DNA of 64,000 nt. Source: an uncultured Gemmatimonadales bacterium (GTDB taxonomy: Bacteria > Gemmatimonadota > Gemmatimonadetes > Gemmatimonadales > GWC2-71-9). Made by a program: the position numbers and the translations under genes. Each line of letters opens with the position of its first letter. The first letter of the stretch is position 1. The notes under the pieces are model-generated. The model saw only the letters and a program-made list of their open reading frames with translations, ran no database searches and was not told the origin of the DNA. Below are positions 8,625 to 17,087 of this stretch, in pieces. Where the stretch lies: contig CAWHFW010000002.1 in assembly GCA_963828735.1 (NCBI GenBank), positions 768,001-832,000 on the forward strand, written 5' to 3'.

Positions 8625-9581
8625 TCAGATCTCCCAGTTCGACAGCACGATCCCATGCTGCTGCGGCGGCGGAAACCCGCGGAGGATCATCCGCAGGTCG
8701 GTCCAGTGCACCCGGTAGCCGGCCGCGATGAGACGCAGGTAGGCGTCGGCGTACTCGGTTTGACAGCGGATCGCCAGTCGGCCGACGCGCTCCGCCGCGG
8801 CCGTCCCATGCAGCGCCTCGAGGAGGCGCTCGAACGCGGACAGCGAGGCCGCCGCGAGCTTGAGCACCCGGACCTCGTCCTTGGCCCTCCCGGCTGCCAG
8901 CGGAGTCGAATGCCACAGCGCGAATGCGACGAGCTCACCCGCTTCGCGCACCAGCGTGGTATCGCCGATGCCCAGGTCCCGCGTGAGCGCGATCTCGCGG
9001 GTGAAGTCCACGCCCGGCGCGAGCGCATCCGTCAGGCTGCGACACTCCTCGATCCGTCGCGCGAGCTGGCCACCGGACACCGAGAGCAGCTCGGGCGGAG
9101 CGCCCGCCCGCCGCGGCACATCGTGCACCAGGGTCACGGTCAGCGGCCCGGGCACGAGGCCGATCCGGCTGTAGAAGCCGATGTTCTCGACGGTGCGGGG
9201 CATCGTCTCGAGGCCGATGGTCGTCGCACCCTGCCCTTTCAGCCAGTCGATGCCCAGCCGCACCATCGTGGAACCCAGGCCCTCGCTCTGGCGGTCGGGC
9301 CGCACGGCGAGCGGTCCCATCCAGCCCTCGAGGCCGGACTGGTGCACCATGTTGAAGGCCACCACCTGTCCGTCCGCGTCCCGCCAGATCATGGCGCCGT
9401 CGCCAGCGTCCTCGAGCGCGTAACGCCAGACGAGGGTGTTGAGGTGGGGGACGCGCACGCCGACGAGGCCGTCGCGGCTGTAGCGGTCGGTGAACGCGTC
9501 GGCGAACACGCGGTTGAGCGACTCGATGTCGCGCAGCGTGGGCCGATCGGGCCCGCGCAGGCTGCGATCAGGCCGCCACAT
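8625..9581 (-). CDS. GNAT family N-acetyltransferase
   Basis: ATG 9581 overlaps the sbcC stop by 14 nt; acetyl-CoA-binding motif PLAVRPDRQSEGLG and NIGFYSRIG. Confidence 0.85.
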   Translation of the reverse strand: MWRPDRSLRGPDRPTLRDIESLNRVFADAFTDRYSRDGLVGVRVPHLNTLVWRYALEDAGDGAMIWRDADGQVVAFNMVHQSGLEGWMGPLAVRPDRQSEGLGSTMVRLGIDWLKGQGATTIGLETMPRTVENIGFYSRIGLVPGPLTVTLVHDVPRRAGAPPELLSVSGGQLARRIEECRSLTDALAPGVDFTREIALTRDLGIGDTTLVREAGELVAFALWHSTPLAAGRAKDEVRVLKLAAASLSAFERLLEALHGTAAAERVGRLAIRCQTEYADAYLRLIAAGYRVHWTDLRMILRGFPPPQQHGIVLSNWEI

Positions 9582-11988
9582 CGTGCCCCCCGACCGGCTC
9601 GTCGCGGACCGTGGCCGCGCCTCGCGCCACGTCGAACCCGACGCGGATGACGCGATCGAAGCCTTCGCGCACCGAGTCGATGTGGGTGATGAGGATGACC
9701 TGCGGGAACCGGTCGGCCAGACTCCGCAGGAGGTCCACCACGGCGGCCCGCCGATCTTCATCGAGTGACCCGAAGATCTCGTCGAGGATCAGGAGCGAGA
9801 GCGGCTGACCCGCGCGCTCGGCGATCATCTGGCTGATCGCGAGGCGCAGCGCGAGGTTCGCCACGTCCTCCTCGCCGCCCGAGATGACCGCCTTGGGATC
9901 GCCGTCGTCGAGGAGGGTGGCGCCGTAGTCTTCGTCGAGCTCGAGGTCGGTATAGCGCCCGTTGGTGAGATCCCGGAGGAAGCCGGAGGCGAGCTCGCTC
10001 AGATCGGGCCGCAGCGTGGCGTTGAGCTCGGTCCGAAGCTCGGAGAGCGCACGATCGAGCTCCTGATGCAAGGCGAGCTCGGCGCCCGTGGCCTGCGCCT
10101 CCCGCTCGCGCTCGGCCCGCTCGGCACGGCGGCGCACGGCGGCCTCGATGGCTTCCGCCGCGGCAGCGGACTCGCCCCGCGCGCGCACGAGCGCCAGCTC
10201 CGCCTCCCGGCCTCCCTGCTCCGCGGCCGACTCGGCTTCGCGGGCCTCCCGAAAGACCTGCTCGGTGTAGCCCAGCTCGTCGAGGCGCGCACGCAGGTCG
10301 GCGGCGGCCGCCGCCGCGGCGGCGCGCTCGGTCGTGACCGTCTCGAGCTCGGCCACGGCGGCATGCCGGCGATCGGCGAGCACGCGGAGGCCCTCGGCCT
10401 GCGGTACCAATGGCTCGAGCTCCCGGATCCGACCGAGCAACGCCTCGTGACGAGCCTGGTCGTAGGACCCCGCCACACGTCCCAGCGACTGCTCCAGCTC
10501 GGTGACGCGAAGCACCAGCCGCTCCCGCTCGTCCCGCAGCGTCGCCCCGTCCTGGGCGAGCGCGTCGAGGCGCCCGACCTCGCCGGTCACCTGGGACAGC
10601 TCGCGCTCGAGCACGATGCGTTGACGGTCCACCTCGTCCAATTCGCGGGGCTCGATCTGGAGCTGCTCGATGCGCTGCTTGTAGAAGTTGCCGTTGGCGA
10701 TCACGTCCTCCATCTGCCGGTCGAGCAGACCAAGAACCTTGTCGTACTCCGCGCCAAGCGGCCGGGCGCACGTGGGGCAATCGCCTTCCGGGCCCGCCTT
10801 GACGATACGCTGGCGCTGGTCCTTCAGCTCCTGGTACTGATCCAACAGGCCCTGACGCTTGGTCCGCGCGTCCTGCGCGTCCCGCACCCAGGCCGTCCGC
10901 ATGTTCTCGCCTTCCACCACCACGCCGGTGAGCGCCGCACGTACGTCGCTCACGCGCGCTCGCACGGCATCGAGGTCCTCGCGGCCGGGCAGCCGCCCTA
11001 GACGCTCTTCGACCGAGGTGAAGTGGCGTCGCACGTCCTCGAGCTGGGCGAGCAGGCCCTTCCGCGCCGCATATGCCTCGGCGTCGCGCTCGAGTCCGGC
11101 CACTTCCTGCCTGAGCGACGCCAGGGGTGCGAGGCGCTGGATGACGTCCTGGAGCTGTTGAGCGGCGGTACCGGCCTCGGCGACCTCCCGGCCAAGCCGC
11201 TCGGCCCGCTCGGCCCCGGTCTCCGCACGGTGGGCCGCGACCCGCAGCTCCGCCTCGAGCTTGAGCGCGGCCTCGCGCTGCCGCTGCAGGCGCTCCCAGC
11301 GCGGGCGCACCTCGGCCACGACCGCGTCGGCGGCGGCCGCCCGTTCGCATGCGGCTTGTTCGGCCGCTTGCGCGGTCGCCGCGCGCTCTCGGGCGCGCGC
11401 CTCCGCTGCCTCGATCTCGGCGAGATCACCCAGGGCCGCCCGAAGCGCGTCGTAGCGCGCGCGAAGCGCGGAGCGCCGCTCCTTGAGGCGGTCCTGGGCC
11501 GCCCGGATCCGCTCGTAGCCCAGGACGCGCGACAGGAACTGCGCGCGCTCGGGCGCGGACATCGCCGCCATGACGGCGAGCTCTTTCTGCCCCGTAAAGT
11601 AGGTGTTGAAGAATTCTTCCCGCGTCATGGCCAGCAGGCGCGTCACCCGCTCGGTCACGGCCCCGATCGAGTTCGCGATCGGCGCCGGATCACCATCCTG
11701 GTACAGCTCGGCGCCGTTCAGGGTGCGGAGGATACGGTACTGATGCGCGCCGAGACTGAATTCCATCTCGACCTCCACGCGCGACCGGGGCGGCGCGCCG
11801 CGCCGGCGAATGGTCTCGCGGCTGCCGCGCGCCGCGGGCATGCCGTACATCGCCCACGCGATGGCCTCGAGAATGGTCGTCTTGCCGGCGCCGTTCGGGC
11901 CGACGATGCCCGTGAGGCCCGCGCCGAGCACCAGCTCGGTATGCTCGTGCTGCCGAAAATTGGCGAGCCGCAGCCGGTGGATCTGCAT
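9568..11988 (-). CDS. sbcC: Rad50/SbcC SMC-like ATPase
   Basis: MQIHRLRLANFRQH, Walker A GPNGAGKT, Q-loop, coiled coils, zinc hook CPTC, signature ISGGE, Walker B LILDE; ATG overlaps the sbcD TGA. Confidence 0.93.
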   Translation of the reverse strand: MQIHRLRLANFRQHEHTELVLGAGLTGIVGPNGAGKTTILEAIAWAMYGMPAARGSRETIRRRGAPPRSRVEVEMEFSLGAHQYRILRTLNGAELYQDGDPAPIANSIGAVTERVTRLLAMTREEFFNTYFTGQKELAVMAAMSAPERAQFLSRVLGYERIRAAQDRLKERRSALRARYDALRAALGDLAEIEAAEARARERAATAQAAEQAACERAAAADAVVAEVRPRWERLQRQREAALKLEAELRVAAHRAETGAERAERLGREVAEAGTAAQQLQDVIQRLAPLASLRQEVAGLERDAEAYAARKGLLAQLEDVRRHFTSVEERLGRLPGREDLDAVRARVSDVRAALTGVVVEGENMRTAWVRDAQDARTKRQGLLDQYQELKDQRQRIVKAGPEGDCPTCARPLGAEYDKVLGLLDRQMEDVIANGNFYKQRIEQLQIEPRELDEVDRQRIVLERELSQVTGEVGRLDALAQDGATLRDERERLVLRVTELEQSLGRVAGSYDQARHEALLGRIRELEPLVPQAEGLRVLADRRHAAVAELETVTTERAAAAAAAADLRARLDELGYTEQVFREAREAESAAEQGGREAELALVRARGESAAAAEAIEAAVRRRAERAEREREAQATGAELALHQELDRALSELRTELNATLRPDLSELASGFLRDLTNGRYTDLELDEDYGATLLDDGDPKAVISGGEEDVANLALRLAISQMIAERAGQPLSLLILDEIFGSLDEDRRAAVVDLLRSLADRFPQVILITHIDSVREGFDRVIRVGFDVARGAATVRDEPVGGHDVAA

Positions 11989-13163
11989 CAGCCGGCCAGC
12001 TCGCGCTCGATGCCGTCCATGAGGCTGTCGCCGAGCCGCACGAACGCCTCGCGATCGAGCTCCGCGGGCAGCGGACGTCGTTCGAGGTACGAGTGTACCA
12101 GCTCCGGCAGCGTCTGCCGGCGACCGGGGGCGCCGGTGCCGACGACCCGGTGGATCTCGGGTCGTCGAAGGTCCAGATGAAAATGCAGCGCGGTCGCCTT
12201 GAGGGCCCGGATGGCCGCATGGTCGAGCTCCCGCGCCACGTGCCGCGGAATATTCTGGACGCGGAGGCGCACCACCTTGTCGGAGATGCCGCCGCGGACG
12301 GCAGCCACCCGTTCGGCGATGAGCGCGTTGACGGCCGCGGCCTGGATTCCGTCGGCTTCGATGGGCTCGAGGTCGAGGATCTCGCGAGCCAGTGGCACCG
12401 GGCGCCGCTGCGCGGTTCCCCGGTCGACGTCCACCAGCAGCCAGCCTTTGCCTCGAGAGCCGTGGTTCGACTCGTCCACCAGCTCGCCCCAGAGGTTGGG
12501 ACTCACGTACTCGAGCGAGCCCGCGTACCAGACGCGCGGCGCCACCTGGTGCTGTACGTGGTAGTGCCCGAGGGCGACGTAGCTCCACTCGTCCGGCGCC
12601 AGCTCCTGGAGGCCGAGGATTGCCCCGCCGTATTCGGCGGCGCTCCGGTCGAATGGGAAAACGCCTTCGATCTCCCCGTGCAGCACCAGCACCCGCCGAC
12701 GCTCGTCCCCCTCCGGCCGGAGCGACGGCCGGGTGCCGCCCATCAGCGCCTGATGGGGCACGGCGAGGACGCTGAGGTCCAGCGCGGGGTACACGAACCG
12801 GCGTGCCTCGTCGCTCGCGACGTCGACGCCGAGCTCCTCGAAGAGCCGGAGGATCGATCCGGTCTCGGTCGAACGGGGGGTGTCGTGATTTCCGGCGATC
12901 AGCACCACCGGCGCCTCGGGCAGCGCCTCGCGCAGCCGCTGAAACTGTCGGAACGCGAAGACGATCGCCCCGTTGGTCGGGCGGACCGAGTGGAACAGGT
13001 CGCCGGCCACGACGACGGCGTCGGGGCGCGCCTCGATGACGCCGTCGATCGCCGCGCGGAACGCACGGGCGATGTCGGCCTCGCGCTGATTGATGCCGGA
13101 GGGGGTCAGACGATGGTACTGCCGGATGCCGAGATGCGGATCGGCGATGTGGGCCAGTTTCAC
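11988..13163 (-). CDS. sbcD: Mre11/SbcD metallophosphoesterase nuclease
   Basis: Motifs ADPHLG, AGDLFH, AGNHD, LHG, LGHYH and YAGS. Confidence 0.93.
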   Translation of the reverse strand: MKLAHIADPHLGIRQYHRLTPSGINQREADIARAFRAAIDGVIEARPDAVVVAGDLFHSVRPTNGAIVFAFRQFQRLREALPEAPVVLIAGNHDTPRSTETGSILRLFEELGVDVASDEARRFVYPALDLSVLAVPHQALMGGTRPSLRPEGDERRRVLVLHGEIEGVFPFDRSAAEYGGAILGLQELAPDEWSYVALGHYHVQHQVAPRVWYAGSLEYVSPNLWGELVDESNHGSRGKGWLLVDVDRGTAQRRPVPLAREILDLEPIEADGIQAAAVNALIAERVAAVRGGISDKVVRLRVQNIPRHVARELDHAAIRALKATALHFHLDLRRPEIHRVVGTGAPGRRQTLPELVHSYLERRPLPAELDREAFVRLGDSLMDGIERELAG

Positions 13164-13186
13164 TCTCGAAATGTCTCGCCGCCGGC

Positions 13187-13215
13187 CGATTAAGCAAGAC
13201 CCGCGGTGGTGTCAA
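13187..13215 (-). promoter_or_regulatory. Putative sigma70 promoter for sbcD-sbcC-GNAT
   Basis: Consensus -35 TTGACA, 17-nt spacer, weak -10 TAATCG, 23 nt before the GTG. Confidence 0.4.
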
Positions 13216-13371
13216 ACGGGCGACCCGGCAACGAGTTAGAGCCCTCGCTGGCGGGGTCCGCCCCGCCGGTCACTTCGAGTCCGACAACACCTGCGACACC
13301 TTGCGCCGCAACAGCCGGGTCCGGCTGGTGATCCATCCGGCCTCGCGGCCCGCGGGCACGGATCCTCGAGC

Positions 13372-15315
13372 TCAGAACCCGTAGTCGTCCTCGCCACGGC
13401 GCACCGCCGGAACGGCGCGGCGAGCCGAAACGACCTCACCGTTCACGCGGCGGCCAAGGCAGGCCGAGAAGAACGCGAGCGCGTCGTCGGGGCGCTCGCG
13501 CCGGGTGGCGCCGAGGGCGCGCCGCACGTCCTCCTCGCGCCGGCCGTCGACCAGCGCACGCACGGCATCCGAGGTGACCCGGCGATCCAGCCGACGAAGC
13601 TGCCGGGCCACCGCATCGGCGAAGGCCAGCTCGGGCGTGGGAGGGAACCGCTCGATACCCTCGCGACTTCCCAGCACCGCGGGCCGCGGGAACCTGACGA
13701 AGATCGGCTGGGTGAAGTGCGGATGGCGGACCATGAGCTCGCCCTTGGGCAGCGTGGCGAGCTTGATCTTCGTGGCCGGCGACAGCGTGGCGTAGGCGGG
13801 CGTGGAGAGCTCGTCCATGTCCATGCGACCGAAGACGCCCGTCCCCGCGTTCCCCACAACCCGCCGCTGCACCTGCGAGCGAAACTGCTGCGCCGAGAAC
13901 AGGACCAGCCCGAGGTAGCGACCGCGCTCGGAGAGATCGAGCAGCATCTTGCGGACGTACGTATCGGGCCCCTCGGCCGGCGCGTACTTGTTGAGCTCGT
14001 CCACGAACACGACCACGTGATCCACACCAAGGTCGCGGCGCTCGAGATGCTCGCGGAGCTTGGAGACCACGCGGGCGAAGACGAGATCCTGCGCCAGGGG
14101 GTCGAGTCCGGCCACGTCCACAACGTGTACGCTCCGGTCGGCGAACTGACCCCAGGGGAGATCGTGAGCCGCGCCGTCGTCGGTCACCAGGCCCTTGGAC
14201 CGGGTCGAGATGTTGCTCAGCCGGTTTCGTATCTTGCGGATGGTCGCGAGGTGGTGGGTCTTCCACACTTCCCCGCCCTTCCCCAACGCCTCCATGAAAT
14301 CGAAAATGGCCCGGAAGAACTCCTCGAGATCGGCGAAGCTCTGCACCTGGAACGGCCGACCGCGCAACATGTCGTCCTGATACTCGCGACCCACTACGCG
14401 ATCGGCCAGGAAATCGATGAAGGCGTCCGCCTTCGCGTCCACATCGTCACGGTTGAGCACAACCTCGGCGTAGTCGAGCACCTCACGAAGTCCCCACACG
14501 AGCGGATGCGTGTTGGCCGCCAGAGCTTCGTTCGTGCGCAGCGTGTTGAGGTTCACTCCGTCGGCCTTGAACGGCGCATAGTAGTGCACGTCCGCGAACG
14601 GTTCCGGACGCAGTCCGAGCCGGGCGTACTGGCGGCAGTCCTCGGCGGTGAGCGTCGCCGCCTGGTCGAGGAAGCAGAGGTCGGGGCCCTTCACGTTGAA
14701 GCAGAGGGCGGCCACCGAGCCCTTGTGCCTCGGAAAGGTCTGGAAGATGCTCCCGAGCATGAACTCGACCGCGCTGGTCTTGGTGGCGAGGCCCGAGACG
14801 CCCGTGATGTTGAGATGCGCTGCCTCGGGCCCGAGCAGGAAGTCGCAGTCCAGGTACACCGGCGACTCGAGACCGCCCGCGGCGTAGAGGCCGACCGGGA
14901 TTCCCGTCGGCCGCTCGCCCACCGTGTAGGAATCCATGCGGAGCGCGAGCACCACATCCTCGTCGCTCGCGAGCCAGACGGGGCCGAGCGGCACCGGCTG
15001 AAGCGGCTCCTCCGGCATCTGGCGGAGCACCGCCGCGGTGAATAACCGGATCTCGGCGCGCTCGCTGGGCTCCAGACCCACCGCCGCCGGATCGCCGTCG
15101 GCGCCGATGACCGCGTGCATCGGCGTCACGAGGTCCGAATAAGCAAACCCGTCGGTCACCACCCCGAAGACGACGCGCCCGGCATCCTCGACGCGAACGA
15201 TCGCGCCGATGCCGATGGGCGTCTCACGCGCGGTCCAGAAGTGGAACTGGTGCGGCGTGGAGGGCTTGAGCTCGGTGGCGACGACTCGGCCGAGCGGCGA
15301 TTGGCCTGGGGTCAT
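13372..15315 (-). CDS. herA: HerA-family hexameric DNA translocase/helicase
   Basis: N-terminal beta-rich HAS-barrel-like region, variant Walker A HLNITGVSGLATKTS, Walker B VVFVDELNKY, RGRYLGLVLFSAQQ; located next to nurA. Confidence 0.85.
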   Translation of the reverse strand: MTPGQSPLGRVVATELKPSTPHQFHFWTARETPIGIGAIVRVEDAGRVVFGVVTDGFAYSDLVTPMHAVIGADGDPAAVGLEPSERAEIRLFTAAVLRQMPEEPLQPVPLGPVWLASDEDVVLALRMDSYTVGERPTGIPVGLYAAGGLESPVYLDCDFLLGPEAAHLNITGVSGLATKTSAVEFMLGSIFQTFPRHKGSVAALCFNVKGPDLCFLDQAATLTAEDCRQYARLGLRPEPFADVHYYAPFKADGVNLNTLRTNEALAANTHPLVWGLREVLDYAEVVLNRDDVDAKADAFIDFLADRVVGREYQDDMLRGRPFQVQSFADLEEFFRAIFDFMEALGKGGEVWKTHHLATIRKIRNRLSNISTRSKGLVTDDGAAHDLPWGQFADRSVHVVDVAGLDPLAQDLVFARVVSKLREHLERRDLGVDHVVVFVDELNKYAPAEGPDTYVRKMLLDLSERGRYLGLVLFSAQQFRSQVQRRVVGNAGTGVFGRMDMDELSTPAYATLSPATKIKLATLPKGELMVRHPHFTQPIFVRFPRPAVLGSREGIERFPPTPELAFADAVARQLRRLDRRVTSDAVRALVDGRREEDVRRALGATRRERPDDALAFFSACLGRRVNGEVVSARRAVPAVRRGEDDYGF

Positions 15316-15372
15316 GCCGCAATGTGGCGAGCCGGAGGGCAAATCAGTAGGGGCCTCGGGGACGCCCGGAGA

Positions 15373-16317
15373 CTAGGCCAAGCTCCGGTAGCCGGCCCGG
15401 AGATAGCTCTCGACGGAGTGGATCCCGTACAGCAGGCGATCCCAGCGGTGATCCGGGGTGCTGAGGGGCGCCCGCTCAGCGAGGATGCGACGCGAGAGCG
15501 CATCGGCCGTGTCCGGGGTCCCGTTCGTCGGAGCGACCTGGATCCGCACCAATCCGTGAAAGACATCCTTCCCTTCCCACGGCCACAGCCGCAACGCCCA
15601 CTCGTGCACGGGCGTGAGGCTGCGCGTCATGGGCCCATAGATCGAGGTCCGATGGGCCAGCGGAACGCGGAGGAACCGCTCGAGGTCGGCACCATCGAAG
15701 GGCAGCGTCGCATGGCTCTTGGAGACGGCCAGCATGCGCGCATCGGCCGCCCAGACCGGGCTCTCGGTGAGCGTCCCGTCCACGATCAGCCAGGCGTCGG
15801 AGCGGGCACGATAGGTCTCCGCCAGCGCGCGCTCCAGCGCGCCGCGCGCCCGATCGAGGGCACGGGCGGCATTGGCGAGGTCGCGGACCGGGTGCGCCGG
15901 CTCATCGGTAGGAAGCGCGACCGTATCCAGGTCGGGTGGCAGCTCTCCCGCGGCTCCGAGCGCCTCGGGGCGCGCGATGAGCAGCAGCCGCCGCTGCTCG
16001 AGAACCGTGGCGAGCCGCCGGTCCTGCCGCTCCCGGACGGCCGCCGCCACCTCACCCACGACCAGGGGGGCCGACCCCGCGTAGGCGAGCAGGACCGAGC
16101 GCTGGACGCCATCGAGAAAGGCGAGCGAGCCCGGCCAGGCCTCCGCGGTGCCCACGGCGTGCCAGGCCAGCGTTTCGTCCTCGAGCAGCCGCGCGGGCCG
16201 GATACAGGCCTCTTCGGTACGACCACCGCTCGACTCGGGAACCACGGACGCGGGCGTGAGACCCCTCACGGCGAGGACACGGCGGAGATGGGCTAAATTG
16301 ACTAATGACCCCGGCAT
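15373..16317 (-). CDS. nurA: NurA-family nuclease (RNase H fold)
   Basis: AFLDGVQR, LIVDGTL, AVSKSH and C-terminal LLYGIHSVESYLR; immediately upstream of herA. Confidence 0.75.
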   Translation of the reverse strand: MPGSLVNLAHLRRVLAVRGLTPASVVPESSGGRTEEACIRPARLLEDETLAWHAVGTAEAWPGSLAFLDGVQRSVLLAYAGSAPLVVGEVAAAVRERQDRRLATVLEQRRLLLIARPEALGAAGELPPDLDTVALPTDEPAHPVRDLANAARALDRARGALERALAETYRARSDAWLIVDGTLTESPVWAADARMLAVSKSHATLPFDGADLERFLRVPLAHRTSIYGPMTRSLTPVHEWALRLWPWEGKDVFHGLVRIQVAPTNGTPDTADALSRRILAERAPLSTPDHRWDRLLYGIHSVESYLRAGYRSLA

Positions 16318-16333
16318 GGAGACAATTGTAGCA
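16298..16333. promoter_or_regulatory. Overlapping divergent sigma70-type promoters (luxR-like on +, nurA on -)
   Basis: Plus strand TTGACT(16298)-N17-GACAAT(16321); minus strand extended -10 TGC-TACAAT (16333-16325), 7 nt before the nurA ATG. Confidence 0.6.
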
Positions 16334-16380
16334 GGGCCGACCCGGAGGCAGCAGTGAACGTCCGATCCTTCGACCGTACC

Positions 16381-16758
16381 ATGCCCATCACGGCGCGACA
16401 CCTTTCCGCCCTGCTTGGCAGCTTCGAAGAGCTTCGTAGCCAACGGCGCGTCCTCATCTCGAACCTTCGCGCCCTGATGGACGAAACGCTCTCCCAGAGC
16501 GAGCAGTTGCGGGACGCGTGGTATCCAAAGCCAACGCCACCCTCGTCCGCGTCACTCGCCGGTCGGCTCCGCAGCGACCACGGCCTGACCCCACGCGAGG
16601 TGCAGGTGGCCTTGCTCCTCGCCGAGGGCCTGTCGAACAGCGCCCTCGCGAGGCGACTGGAGATCAGCCCCCACACCGCCCGCCACCATACGCAGCGTGT
16701 GCTCGGCAAACTGGCGGTCCATTCCCGAGCCGAGGCCGGCGCGAAACTCCGGCGTTGA
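16381..16758 (+). CDS. LuxR-type HTH regulator without a recognisable receiver domain (alternative start GTG 16354)
   Basis: LTPREVQVALLLAEGLSNSALARRLEISPHTARHHTQRVLGKL. Confidence 0.85.
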   Translation: MPITARHLSALLGSFEELRSQRRVLISNLRALMDETLSQSEQLRDAWYPKPTPPSSASLAGRLRSDHGLTPREVQVALLLAEGLSNSALARRLEISPHTARHHTQRVLGKLAVHSRAEAGAKLRR

Positions 16759-17087
16759 GTCACCCGTGGGCGCAATTGCCCATGCAACGTCGCTCGTTCG
16801 CCTTCGCGGTCAGTCCCCTAGAAAGCCAGCAGAAAGCGACCTCTAGTACCCATTTCTCAGCGGCCAGGCACTGGTCGCCCAGCCGGGGGCCCACGGTTGC
16901 CGGTTGACCTGGGCATACGGGAACTCCGCGCGCTCGCAGGATGCATTTCACCGTGCGACTTGACATAGCCTACAGGCCCACATGAGGCTCGCATGCCCAT
17001 GCGGTTGTGGGCATTGAACTTGCATAGCATTCCGCCACCGCCGAGTCGCACCCCCGACGTCTCGGGTTTCCCGTCAACACCCGGACC

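Noticed and set aside
11989..13215. N-terminal ~400 aa of the 1215-aa ORF in the track
   Set aside because: Out-of-frame read-through over sbcD; the real Rad50 starts at MQIHRL (11988)
13190..13336. 48-codon minus-strand ORF (MDHQPDP...) between herA and sbcD
   Set aside because: No recognisable motif, weak RBS, and it overlaps the putative sbcD promoter
13372..16317. HerA-based anti-phage defence system
   Set aside because: Partner is NurA-like with Mre11/Rad50, not Sir2 or DUF4297; no neighbouring defence or mobility genes
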